This document shows, in pieces, positions 12,955 through 25,354 of a stretch of DNA of 64,000 nt. The notes under the pieces were generated by a model that saw only the letters and a list, made by a program, of their open reading frames with translations, had not been told where the DNA came from and did not search any database. The stretch is taken from NCBI GenBank assembly GCA_965649825.1, contig OZ287695.1, positions 2,035,288-2,099,287 of the forward strand. The letters run 5' to 3'. A program made the position numbers and the translations under genes. The first letter of the stretch is position 1. Each line of letters starts with the position of its first letter. The DNA comes from Penicillus capitatus. Lineage: Eukaryota; Plantae; Chlorophyta.

Positions 12955-13709
12955 ATGTCGACCCTATCCCTGCGCAACTCCGTCCAGCCATCACGCCGAT
13001 ATGACGCTCAGCCACGATGTCGCGGTTTCTCTGTTACCTCGGCGTCAACAGGTCGACCGTGTGACTATCCTGACCCATTCAGTGGTGCCACTCTTGTAGC
13101 GACGTCGTTCAGTCGAGCGCCCTCCGTTAGGCTGATGTCCGCACGATCGATGGCCTCCACGCGGGTGAGTGCACCTCTGCACGATGTGAGGCTCCATTGC
13201 CGTTGTCTGTTTTGCAGATCTGTGCATCCGCCTCGTCCACAGAAGTGGATCCTCCTGCGGCGGAACCTGAGCTTGTGGATCCTCCTATGGAAGAATCTGA
13301 AGTGGATCCTCCTGTGGCGGCCCAACCGATTGTCCCTGCCCAGAATCCAGCATTGAACAAAAAACTGCGGATCAGGCTCAAGTCTTTTGACGTGGAGCCG
13401 ATGAAAGAAGCCGTGCAGATGATTCTCGATGTCGCCAAGAACACAGGTATCTCAATATACAGCCTCAAACTCAACGGACTCTTTGTGGAATCAGATGCGC
13501 GTGTGTCTGGACCGGTAGCGTTGCCAACGAAGAGACGACTCTACTGTCTCCTACGTTCACCGCACGTCGATAAAGACTCGCGCGAGCACTTCGAAATGCG
13601 CATCCGTTCTCGATTGATCGATATTCGAGATATGAAATCCGATACCATCGATCAACTGATGGCGCTCGACATTCCGGCCGGCGTTGATGTCAACATCAAA
13701 ATTTTGTAA
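12955..13709 (+). CDS. rps10: Plastid 30S ribosomal protein S10, nuclear-encoded with transit peptide
   Basis: KLRIRLKSFD, VSGPVALPTKRRLYCLLRSPHVDKDSREHFEMR and LDIPAGVDVNIK, with a Ser/Arg-rich N-terminal extension. Confidence 0.95.
13242..13320 (+). repeat. Imperfect 27-30 bp tandem repeat (3 copies) encoding VDPP units
   Basis: Core GTGGATCCTCCT at 13245, 13275 and 13302. Confidence 0.9.
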
Positions 13710-13780
13710 CGGCGGATGTCAGCGAACAAACGCACCGTATTCATCACATACGGATCCCATGTTCCACGCGCTCGTGTCTG

Positions 13781-15224
13781 TTAACCTGTTTCTTGGGCGC
13801 AGGGCTCTTCGGATGGATTGGGGTCGCGGATGGGGTACCCAATAGATCGACAGGCATCCAGAAATGTCTCCCTCTGTTCTGTCGTCATGGGCTGCCGCCT
13901 CTTAGCGATGTCTCGCACCAGATAGGCCATGATATCGTGATCTCCCTTTGAAAACTGCATCGATGCGAGGCCCTCTGCAAACTCGATGACTTCGTGATTG
14001 AACATCTCTCTTCGTGTCACATCCACCGTGAACTGCAGGTAACGATGGACCTTGGCCAAGAATTCTTCGTGACCAGATACGACTTTCATTTTGTGGAGTC
14101 CCCAAATGGCACGTCCCATATCTGCAGCTCGGAGTTTGATAAACCGTTTGTGATGGGACAGCTCTTTCAGACATGTTGGCACGATTTTCCATCTATCCTC
14201 GCATTCGTGCTTGCCCATGGCCCAGAGAAGGGAGGCTAGATTTGGAGGATGAACAGGGAACATGCCTTCTCGTGTTTTGAGCAGAGGATAGGCATCGTTC
14301 AGCAGTATCTCCAGTTGATTCGCATTCAATCTCTCGCCCATCAACACCACCCCTGGTCACACTTTCTGTGACACCTCTTCTATAGAATGAAAAAGTGTGA
14401 CCTTCGAGAAACTGACATCGATAGGTGCCGTCCAGATCATCGACTCTCTCAATCGCATGTTCGATCAGCAGTTCCAGTAAATCTCGAATGGATAGCGTCC
14501 TATCGTGTTGCTTCAGCTGCATGTCCATCATTCCTGGACCCAGACTGCGTTCCTGATTATCCTTGCATTCTCTTAGACAGATGTCCTACCAGGCAAGTCC
14601 ATAGAATGCATTCATCAAGTCACGTTGCCCTAAGAGGTCCAGTTCCTTAGGAAGACCACTGGCCATACGTTGGACAAACTTTCCGTAAGCATCCTGGATC
14701 CAACCCTTGTCTTCAAAGTGGTAAGCCACTCGGCCGATTCGACCCAACAGATCACAAAACTGAGGATACTCCAACTGCACAGACAAACGCTCGATGGTCA
14801 CCATCATCGCCAGTCCGGATGCCCACCCACTCCCGGTAATTCCCTTCCGTTCTCTTAATCGTGTTGATAAACATTATAGCGTCATCACGGCACTCTTTCT
14901 GCGAAGGCAGATCATCACAGTACTTAAGCCGACGTATGTTCCTGTCGTACGGCGCAATGCGATTGAACAGTACTCTTCACACGAACAAAAGTGTAAGAAG
15001 GGTGTGGGCGTATTGCTTTACCTCTTCATGGTCGTTACTTTTTTCTCCCGTTGGCGATACGGCCGTTGATCGATCGCCGCCGGATCTTCGTCCTCACTGA
15101 AGACATAGGCGGTGTTGCTCGGCGAGTGGGTGGCAGCATCCGAACAGAAATGCCGCAGGGACGTCGGGCGTCTCATCGAGGCAATACTCACCCCACGTGC
15201 ATACTTCTGATGCAGAAGTGTCAT
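13781..15224 (-). CDS. Organelle-targeted helical-repeat protein (OPR/HPR/FASTK-like RNA-binding candidate)
   Basis: Targeting-peptide-like N-terminus and repeats LMNAFYGLAW, PNLASLLWAMGK and DMGRAIWGLHKM. Family is inferred from repeat character. Confidence 0.55.
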
Positions 15225-15621
15225 CCAACCGAGAATCGTTCGGCTCAGTCGAGACTTCGACAGGACCTCCTTCTCTTCCTCAGCATACTTGGACTCTGCA
15301 CGATAGCCAACATCACTCGCAACCGATGGATCGCTCACTCTCTACGCTTGCCTTCGAGTATGGGACCCACTTCGTTCCATAGATCCTCTGTCCTCTTTGT
15401 AAAACGTTTTCGTAAGTGACTCGGATGCCGCGTTGCGTTTGATACGCCTCGACGGCCGCTGTTTAGGATCTCTCTGAACCCCGCGACCAGCATTCGTGCT
15501 GTTGGTGCGTTCGGTGAGCAGCCCCACGTCACATCACATGAACCCTACCGATCGAGACAGGTGCAGACAGGTATTGAAACGCTTCTGCCTTCCAAGATTC
15601 CCATTTCTGTTCTCGGTAACA

Positions 15622-17067
15622 ATGGACCAGAATGAGACGCTCGGCATCGGCGAAATGGACGATATCAACCTGCCACTTGACGAAATTATACAACGCAAAG
15701 AACAGCGTGGGCGAGGTGCAATGGGGCCACGTTCGGTTCGTCGTGGCCCCCCGCGTCGACCCGGCCCACCGTCGCAACGTCTCTTCGAACAACGGTTCCC
15801 TCGACAGGACCTCCCTACGACCCATGTCGGCACTGGCGTCTTTCATGGAGACACTCGTACACGTGTTCCTTGGACGGCAACGACGCCGGGTTATGAAGAG
15901 GCTTATCCCTATCCGCATGTAGCGCCGGTAGAATTTGACAACGGCCATCCGCCGCAGTACTGGACCCAGCCTCCACAGGTTTTTGCTCAACCGCCTCCAC
16001 CTCCTGTTCGACAGGAAGGTCCATTTCGAGGCTACCGAAATCGACATCATCACCACCATGTATGGAAACCCCTTCGGTGAGAGGAATGAGAAATACGTGA
16101 GATGTATAGGAAAGACCGATTAGAGGCGGAATTCGTAAACCTGCATTGGACCGTCGAAGAGGACGGGGCTACGGCAGGGAACGACCATATATGGGAACGG
16201 ACATTGCTGAAACACCTCAGAAACCTGCACCCAAAGAGGTAACCCTCAAAATCGACCTATACGGCTGCGCTGTATGTGGACAACGATGACAGGACAAGTG
16301 CAGCATGATCTTCGAAAAGGGAAACGCCGTGATCAAATTCAACGACATCGAAATTCTCAAAGTGCGCTTCACTCTCGATCTGATCTGCCGACAAAGGCCT
16401 CGTTGGTTAGGTGAGTGCACAAGGAGACTTGGTCTTGACAACCGAGGGACATCAAGATGTGTGACTATCCGCAGCAGATGCACGATGTTCCCTTGAGCAT
16501 CTCTGTGTCTAGGGTCGATTTTTGAAGGCCATGAATGACGTGCTGGGTTTGATTAATGTGGAGATTTTGGCCGAAGAGGATCGACCTGAGTCATGGAAAG
16601 TCAAAGACGGATACTCTTTGTTTCGATACTACGATGGCATTGTAAGCAGCAGCCTTCCCTCTTTAACCTCTCCGATGTCTGGCTCTCTGCCAAGGCTATC
16701 AAAGGAAAAGGCGATCCCACAAAGAACCGAGCGGAGTCCATAAAGAAAGCTTTTGAGCAGCCGAATCCAAAGGCACTAGAAGCGACGATCGCTTCAAACT
16801 TGGCAGGTTTCTCTCCTCTCTGTCGTCTCCTCTCTGTTTTGATCTGTCTCTGTCGCAGCTCGACGACTGGGGCTCTCTTTTGATCCCATGTCGCCTGTTG
16901 CTCCCGGAAGCGCCATTCGCATTACTCAAGATCAGCAGTTGACAAGAACTTCGAACTACAGCATTTCTGTCGTGGAGCAAAACAAAGAACAGAAAGAAGA
17001 TGTCATTCATCCCTCTCCTGTCTTCCATCCTCAAAGACCTGTGGCCACTGGCTTTCCACCTTACTAG
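15622..17067 (+). CDS. Hypothetical protein with Pro/Arg/Gly-rich N-terminus
   Basis: ATG at 15622 (MDQNETLGIGEMDDINLPLDEII). Several short GT-AG introns; last exon ends GFPPY* at 17067. Confidence 0.6.
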
Positions 17068-17956
17068 AAGTGAAGCTGCGCTCTGTGCTATGGGATGGAA
17101 GAGCTGTTGACCTTGTGAGGAGACAACTTGTTTAATCAGATCGGCAACCTCGGCACTTGATTTGCTCTCTTTTCTGAAATGATGGAAATCCTGTGCGTGT
17201 TCGTAACGTCCATGCGTGCCACTCAGAATCAAGTGGCGAGCCGTTCGGAATCGTCAGCCGAGGGAGGGCGTTATCTGCGTGGCTGTCATGCCAGCAACGC
17301 TGAGCACCATCGAATGTGGCGGCTCCCTCAGATGGCAGACGTTCTGAGATGTCCTGCTCTGCAGAGACTCGATATCGAGAATGAAGAATCTGTCCATCGT
17401 TTCGCTTCTGTATACGACAGAGGATATCGCGTCGTGATGACAGAGATGATGCCACCGCGAGAAAGCTGACGTCTTCTTCAGGCACAGTGCATGCACAACC
17501 CCGTTTCCAATTATTACAACGGCGTTCACCAAATATGATCAGCAGTCAATGTGGACAAATCTCAGATGGCTTTCGGAGATTCACGATTCTAAAGAAAAGA
17601 TGCCTCGAATGGATGGATGTGTGTGGTATAAAAAGGATAAAGATCACGATCTCAGCTTTCATGACACACGGAGGAAATAGGATTATGCAAACATGGATCA
17701 CGAGGTGATATCCAAAGCAGATCGTCTTCTGTATGCAGCATCTTAACTCAACCAGCACCTGACTAGGTCAACGGTCACTATTGACCGACAGTTTCAGCAC
17801 AAGAGGTCAGCGTCATGTCACACTGTGTCATGAATGAATTAGAAACGATTGAAAAACGGCAATGTGCCGTCTTCCTTAGGTAGACAGGACTGTTCGATTC
17901 AAAACCCCTCACCCCCTGTTTCGAAAAGAAAGGCTTGGGATGGGACGCATTCATCC

Positions 17957-20003
17957 CTACCAACCGTTCTTATACTTGAAGACGTAGAAGTCAAAATCTT
18001 TGTCGCCGAAAGACTCATGGTCGTCATCCTCATACCCATGGCCGCCATATCCGTGACCAAACCCATGACCAAACTTGTAACCCTGCTCGTGATCGTCGTC
18101 ATCGGCATATGGATTGACGAAAGATTGGGCTCTGTCGAAGACGAGGCGTCCGACCTCTCTTCCCAACACTTGTCCACCGTCGTCATCTGCTTGGACATGA
18201 ATGCCACCGGGGAAACGCGAGAATCCGGATTCGTCGGAGGCATCGGTCCAGGTCTCCCAGCAAAGCACGACATCTGTAGCGGGGACGTATCCAATAGACA
18301 TTGGGCCGGTGTTGGGGACGTCACTGAATCCAGGCAGGACGTCGGATCTGGGCTCGAAGAAAGAGGTACCCTCTTCGGAGAGATAGCACGACGGACCTCT
18401 GTATTTGTCATCGCCAAAGAAAAGGCGCAGAGCTTCGGATCCGGCAGCGCTGAAGGTGGAGTGCCCAGATGTATAGGCAGCGAAGTTAGGCGTGACGAAG
18501 TCTGCTGCCTGGAACGGGCGCCATTCGCTGATATTGGTCAGACCGACGCCCATGTATGGTCCTTGCCATGCGAGACGCGTTCTACAGAGTCACACTTTGA
18601 GATCTGCCACAGTAGAGTGAGATCTGTTCTTACTCTCCTCTGAATTCTCCGCATTGGATGACGGAGACTGGACGGGCGTAGTCGAAAGTGACCTTTGTCC
18701 TCCAGCTGGCGATACCGGCATCGTAGACGGCGTTTCCGACGACGAAGAGCAAGCGAGCTGTCTCCAACTGATCGAGGCCTTCGGCAAGAGCGGCATCTCC
18801 TGCGATCTTCCACAGATGTCCTGGTGGAGCTGTGGTATCTGGACCGTCTGCCCAGTACTCCGCAATAATCTTCAACACATCGCCCAGCGTAGCAGAGATC
18901 CTAGAAAACACGGAGAGTGAGCATCGGGATGAGTATCGTACAATGATGCCGTACTCGAGAATCTCGCGGAACTGGCGTTCGAATTCTGCACTTCCGGCAG
19001 GAGGCGGTGGCGGCAACAGTTCGTCTCCCGTCGTCTCATCGCCATCTTCGAGCGCAAACGTCGTGAAACGACCTGCCCACGGGAAGGCGAATTCCTGCGG
19101 CGTGCATTCAGTCGTTCCAAACTGCTCGAACGTTTCTGGAATGCAGAGTGGCTGCCATCTGCCAATGTCGACGATCTGGTTGTCGCAGTCCGTAATTCCG
19201 GCGAGTGTCTGAGGCACATTCAGAGGAGTGTAGCCCGTTGGGTCAACATCGCCTGGTCTCAATGTCCCGTTCGGTTCAAAACCGTCCTCTGTAATCTGTT
19301 CGAGCAAAGCGTCATACAAGCGACTTCTCTAGGCGATAGCGACTTGCCTGGTCGACGACGCGCTGACAGGCGACGGCACCGGCGACGATTTCAGCTTGGC
19401 GCTTGCTCAATTTGAACAAGAATTTTTCCAGCCGTTTAGGCGGCAGATGCAAAGCGAACTCGATCAGAGGAACGAGGTCGTCGATGGTCATGCCCGAGAA
19501 GGCTTCGTACTGTTCGAAGACCAAGGGGAAAGTATCGAAGTCTTCGAAGAGTGCCTTGACCGCCCAGAATCCGGCGCCGTCCATAGTATTGGTCACCGAA
19601 TCCTCGTCGCTCTTCCATGGCAACTTGAACGGATTACCCGTTGTCGAACTGAATCCTGTAAAGACATCTAGAAAAGGCCTACTAACGCGCGAGGATCCTC
19701 ACGTTTAGTGGTGAGCGCAGCTGCCTCGAAGAGACATGTTCCTGCGAGTCCGCATACGCGACCGGCACCAGGTGGCGTAATAGCGCCGAGGTTGAACATG
19801 ATTTGGAGTTGCGCTACGATGGACCATGCGAAGGGGCGATTATCCGCATCGTCGACGGGGCCTTCGGCAGGGATGTTCTCGATAAAGTCCGAAGCCGTTG
19901 TGCATTGCGTTTTACAGACATCGCGCGAAAACTGAACACAGCGACCGACGCCCGAACACAAGAGCACGGCGACAAAGAGAAGCAAATGCTTCGTCGGCAA
20001 CAT
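17957..20003 (-). CDS. Vanadium-dependent haloperoxidase-like protein, copy 1 (secreted, 5 exons, His/Gly/acidic C-tail)
   Basis: Signal peptide; IIAEYWADGP; WRTKVTFDYARP (K..RP); FAAYTSGHSTFS; SRFPGGIH. These are the PAP2/haloperoxidase motifs. Confidence 0.88.
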
Positions 20004-21679
20004 TTGACGCCTGTTAGATAACGTTCGTGAAACGGTGCGACGCGATATGGTCGAACGTTGGTACGGGGATGTTAAGGTCCAATACCCAAGCAGCAGTGAA
20101 AAGTATGGAGAGATAGCTGGAGAGCGCCTATCGGTTTGCCTTTATACCTCAAGGCAAAGCAGGGACGCGTCCTCACAGAACCGCAGAGGCAATCCGAACC
20201 ACTCGTTGGTTTGGCGTATCTTCCAGGGAATTGTGGTCCGCGTGATGTTCGCAAATAGCAACCGCATCCAGGAGTCAAAAGACTAAACGGGTCAGTTGCC
20301 AAGCTCACCCTCGAAACGGCGACTGCAACGGTTAGGCGCGCGCCCCCGTTCTCCGGTGCGTGTTTAACGAATGCTTCAGGTGGATAGCTCCTTTTCGGAT
20401 AACAGTTCGCGGAAATGAACGAAAAAAGCGAATCGACGGGTATAGTCGGTTAGCATTCATGAAAAACATTCGATCGATATGAGCATAGACTGAAAACAAG
20501 AGAAATACACAAGGCTTCGATCCTAACAGTCCTACGTCTGATCTAGATTATTATCTATCGGATATGAGCTCTGTATGTTACTTTCATGCCAAGGCGTATT
20601 GAACAAGACGGCGCGCGTGGACGATATTGCGAGCCGGTGCTTCATCTTGGACCGATCCTCTGGTTTCGGCAAACTGAGCAGCTCCCTTGACTGCTCTTGT
20701 TGCTGCCTCGTTGCAGTACTTTAGATGCTGGTTTGGGTATTGGCGATCTGTCTCTGTCTGATCGATGTCATGACTAAGGTAAGTAGGTCATCGAGTTACT
20801 CGGCAAACCAACTCCGACATCACAACCAAACGACTGAGCGCCAATTCGGCCGAGGCGGCAGCATGGTCTTCGCCGCAGGCTATGCACGCTTCTGTTTCCA
20901 TTCGCTCGGCGCCGATGCCGAGAACGGTAAACCGTAGCTCTCTCTTCCCAAGCAGCACAATGCGAATGTGGCCTTCGACGGAAGCGCACGGTCGTTCTTC
21001 TGCGCACCGCTGCGTTGTTGGACCGCCTAAGCGTTTTGAACGCCGTCATTGTGCTCGTCCATCTCCTTACGGTCGACACGGCAGGTAAGTGCATTGCCAG
21101 CAGCGAGGTGGTACACTTGCGTCGACTCCATCCAACACGCCACTAAGCGCATTCGGCCCGCTTTAACGGCGATAGCGCAGCAACGGCGCAAACACAGAAC
21201 ATAGATTCTCAGCATCATAAATGCGAATTGCAGAACATGCTTGTCGAGCCTATAGGCAGTACAGCGATCTTTTCAGCAAGTAAGCAAGCAAAGGGGCTCC
21301 TCATTTTCTATCGTTATCTCCTCCTACCACCATCCCACGTGTCAGGAACAAAAAAGATCGGTGCTAGTGACAGTATTGGAAAGAAAGATTTCTTGCGAAA
21401 GCGCTTGGCATGGACACAGTGGTGCCTCCTTTGAGTACGTCTCTGCGACTGTTGACTCTTAGAGATTGGACATTGTCTAGCGACCGTGCATTGAGTTAAA
21501 CAAAGAAATAAATAATACACAACCAACCAACCAACTGGCGGCCATTCTTATAAGAATCGATCGATTTTCTTCAAATTGGACCATTCATTCATCAACGACG
21601 CTCTGTTACTTCCGTGCGGTCTTATCAGCATCTCGGCTGGATTGTTGAGGTGGTGATCGAAAGAATAGAGGATCCGTTT

Positions 21680-23046
21680 TCAGACGAGAGCAGTTTGTGC
21701 GTGGGCAAAGGGACAATGGCCAAAGGACGCGCTCAAGATGCGATAGAGGCCCTCTGGATTGTCGGTATGCACCCAATGACCGGCATTCTTTAACAGATGC
21801 ACTCGGTGACCTAGAACAGCCCATCACGTCACATCACACAGAAAGAAGGTGGAATGGGCTTCACTGACCCAATGTCTCGATCTGGTCTGCTAGCTGATCT
21901 GTCCATTGGAAATGGCTGTGCTCTGCACGGACAAAATCGATTTCGAGTCCTTCTGGCGGCGTGTAGAGTAGCGGCCACAGAGAGGTCGTTTCGTAGGATC
22001 TGTAGAGTTCTTCGATTCCTTCGAGATCAAAGGCCCACGTGAATCCCGTCCCTTCTTGTCTCAAATTGGTCGTCATCCAATTGGCGATCGATGAACTGAA
22101 GCCGTGGGATGTTAGATATCGAATCAGGCTTGCTCGGCTAAGAATCGGCAGCGGCATATTCTGAAGGGTTTTGATCAGGTCAAACGGACGATCTTGTTGC
22201 GATGTCTGCATCCAGGAGGCCTCACCCGGCAAAGTATCGAGCACCCATACCTGTCCAAACACTCCATATCCTTGCAATGGACGCCGTAGCGGACGGAGGT
22301 ATACCTGTACAGGTCGAGGGAGTCTCTGGCCGAACTGGTGTGCCATAGACATCACGACTTTTCCACCAAAAGAATGGCCGATGAGAACGCGGGGAAAGAG
22401 TTTTAAGTAATTCAACAGCTGCAGGATATCTCTGGCGGCCGATTCCACTGAGTGCGAGCCAACGTCGGCGATCCGTGGACATTGAGAGTCTCCGTGGCAG
22501 CGCAGATCGACCAGTACTGCTTGCCAAGAAGGATGTCTCTATGTCTCACACATTTCCACGATGCCGATCACACTTTGATGTCGCTGTACTTCGAGAATGC
22601 GTCTGGCAAATGCATGGAGGTTCTTCTTGGATCCCAAAATGCCATGAACCAGGACAATGGTTGGCGGTGTGGATGATACGACATCGCAATGCCGTACCAA
22701 TGCTCCTTGAAGGACTTCAAACCCCTAGAGCGACCGCTAGGCACAGATCTCCATCAGGAAGTGTTCGACTAGGCGAGGCTGCGTTGGAAAGGCGTGAGAT
22801 GAAGGCGAGTACAGTGGCAGATGCGCTGGAACGACAGATGATTTTAACAAGGTCGACACGTTATCGACCGACGCTGGCTCGATAGAAGCACAACGAATGG
22901 GCGTCCTTTTCTATCAGTACACGAAAACACGTTTGACCCGCCTCGGATGACGGGAGCATCACGGAAAAGCGTTTCTGAGGCTTGGAAAACGGAACAGTGA
23001 GAGGAAAGCCTCGAGATAGGCAACGATTCGAAGAGGTGAAGTGCAT
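21680..23046 (-). CDS. Alpha/beta hydrolase (ABHD11-like)
   Basis: LVHGILGSKKN, nucleophile motif IGHSFGGK, VWVLD and NAGHWVHTDNPEG. Confidence 0.87.
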
Positions 23047-23130
23047 TGCTGACAATCAAATTTGCGATGGAATACAGACAGACGATCGATATCATGCATC
23101 AAGGGTATTAAGATGGCCATAACGGCATCA

Positions 23131-25122
23131 TCAGAGGAAGATCGGTTCTCGGCTGCGAGGCGCAGGACGCCGCGGTCGGAGGTTGTTCTGCCGATCGTCG
23201 TAGAGGAAAACCTGTCGTCCTGTGCCCGTTTCGCCAAGGACGGGATCGACGTGTCCAGGACTCGGGGACTCGCGTGCCACCTGTTGGGTGAAACGCGTGG
23301 CGGCCGAGTCTGAACGGGATGTGTGTGATCTTGCCTTGCTGCTTGGACGCGTGTCTTTCTCCGCGATCGAATGGATTTTTCTCAGCTCTGCGGCGTTGAG
23401 CCCTGGGCCCAACGGAAAACGCGAATGCGGCGTCGCTTGTCTTCTGATGGACCCGGTCACAGAAACGCGTCCTTGTGTGGGAGACACGTCGCTGGCGGTC
23501 TCTTTGTGTGTTGGAATCGTGGCGCGGTCGCAACTCAGGCACCTGCGCGAGTACAAACACCCCTTGTCGCAGTACTTGGCGTGTATTTGTACGTAAAGCG
23601 CGTCGATAGGGCTGGCTGAGGATGTGGGGTTTGTCGATGACTGTCGTCTCGAGCGGCCATTCGTTCGTCGTTTCGGACTTCGTTTATCTCTTCGCGGATG
23701 AGTTGTCGAATCTCGTCGAGGGACGGTCGAGCTGCGAGCTCCGCTTTCAGTTCCTCAACGTCGCCGGCGGCGTATTCTGCAACCACGACGTGAGATGCTC
23801 CGCGAGATATTCCCACGCGAACCGTGTTTCGTCGCCGAGGTGAGGCTACTGAGAGCGGTGCTCATGGCCGTCTCGGTGCGCGCCTCCTGCGCTTTTCTGG
23901 CAGCCTCGTTTGTTTCCAACCACCTCTCGATCTTTCGAATGGCATTCTTCGTAGCCTCAACGCTGCACATGTCACATCACACACCTTAAGTATAAAGCCC
24001 GCAAAATAGAGTCTTTACCTATCTGCTTGGCAACGTGAGAGGTTATCAAAGCTCTGCTGCAAGAGGTCCACTCTCGAGTCCATTGTGGAGAACGTATAGT
24101 AATCGGCGTCTCTTGCCGTTGCCAGATTCCGCAGTGCCGAGAGCTCTCCTGTACACCAGCTTTCCCACCTCTCTTTCTCTTTCTACGCTAAACGCGATTC
24201 CTTTGGTGGACAGAGAGGTCAGGACGATGCCTCGATGTGGGTCAGTTTTTCGTCGAAGAGCACTTCCATCACGCGCATTCTCTCCTCCATGTCATCGAGG
24301 CGCCTCTGCCAACGCTCCTGCCTCTCATGCCATCTTGGACAAGAACAGATTTTGTCGCCAAATTGCATCGACGTGACGCCTACATTTCTTCGAAACCGGG
24401 AGCTTCTGTCACGGGCGCCGTCTTTTGTGAACTGTCCCCTTGTGTACACGTCTCTACTGAGGCCGTTCGTTCCGTTTCTGGCCCGTTTTCGATTTCGTCC
24501 TCGTCAGGCTGATCCAGGGGCTCCTCGTTTTCGGCGGATATGGTTGACGCAGAGTGAGGGATAGCCGTTTCGGTTATGTGCTGCGTTCGGATGGCATCTA
24601 GCTTGTAATCCAGCCGTAGCTCCTCGAGCTTAACGTTCCAATGACGTGACTGTTCCCTTAACGCCACTTCCAAACGATCGATGCGTTCCAGCACTTCGGC
24701 TTGAACAAAAGGCGAGAGTTTCGAATGCTTGAGCTCAGCGAGCTGCTCTTCGGTTGCTCGCAATCTTTCGAGTTTCGATTTCATCTCCTCGTAAGTCACC
24801 TCCTGTGACTGAACCTTTGAAAAACAGGCACCACGATAGAAACAGGCCATACGAGAAAGCACAATGCCGCACTCTGTGATTCAATGCCTCTGTCGTTTCG
24901 GCCTGTTTTCGTAGACGCTTCTGGATCATCTCCAGCGATACCTGCATGGACACTGGCGCTAAAGTACTGCCCAGTGTGTAGGCGGGCTACCTGAAGTGGC
25001 GTCTGAATGATAAGAGATGCCGACAGCGATCGCATGTATTCTCCTTCTTCGTCCAGTTGCGCCTCGTCCTTTCGTTGCACGACGGCCGCATCGCATTCGA
25101 CTGCCTCTTCTCCTCCATCCAT
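23131..25122 (-). CDS. Hypothetical coiled-coil protein (multi-exon)
   Basis: Chain of same-strand ORFs with heptad-like Glu/Lys/Arg-rich segments (EEMKSKLERLRATEEQLAELK; VEELKAELAARPSLDEIRQLIREE). No family recognised. Confidence 0.55.
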
Positions 25123-25354
25123 TGTCTCTCCAGCAGAAATACTCTACGCTATCGCTGCGCCTCTAGATAGGAAGACCATGGAGAAGAGAGCAATTTCGCT
25201 CCAGCGAAACGGGTCGCCGAAGCGTTAATCCCGAGGAGATGCGCCATACTTTACGTCCCTGACGCGAACACAACGCCCGGACCCGATTTCGGGTTTGGTC
25301 AACGCCGACGCGGGGTCTTAAGTGACGGACGGTGTGTCAGAAGTCAGCAGACGG

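Noticed and set aside
17100-17800. Possible gene in several short ORFs on both strands
   Set aside because: Could not join exons in frame or recognise a family; may be UTRs or a small unknown gene.
17849-18643. 264-aa plus-strand ORF (similarly 33303-34079 and 26027-26785)
   Set aside because: Antisense shadows of well-supported genes (VHPO copy 1, RecA, BBS7), with no recognisable motifs.
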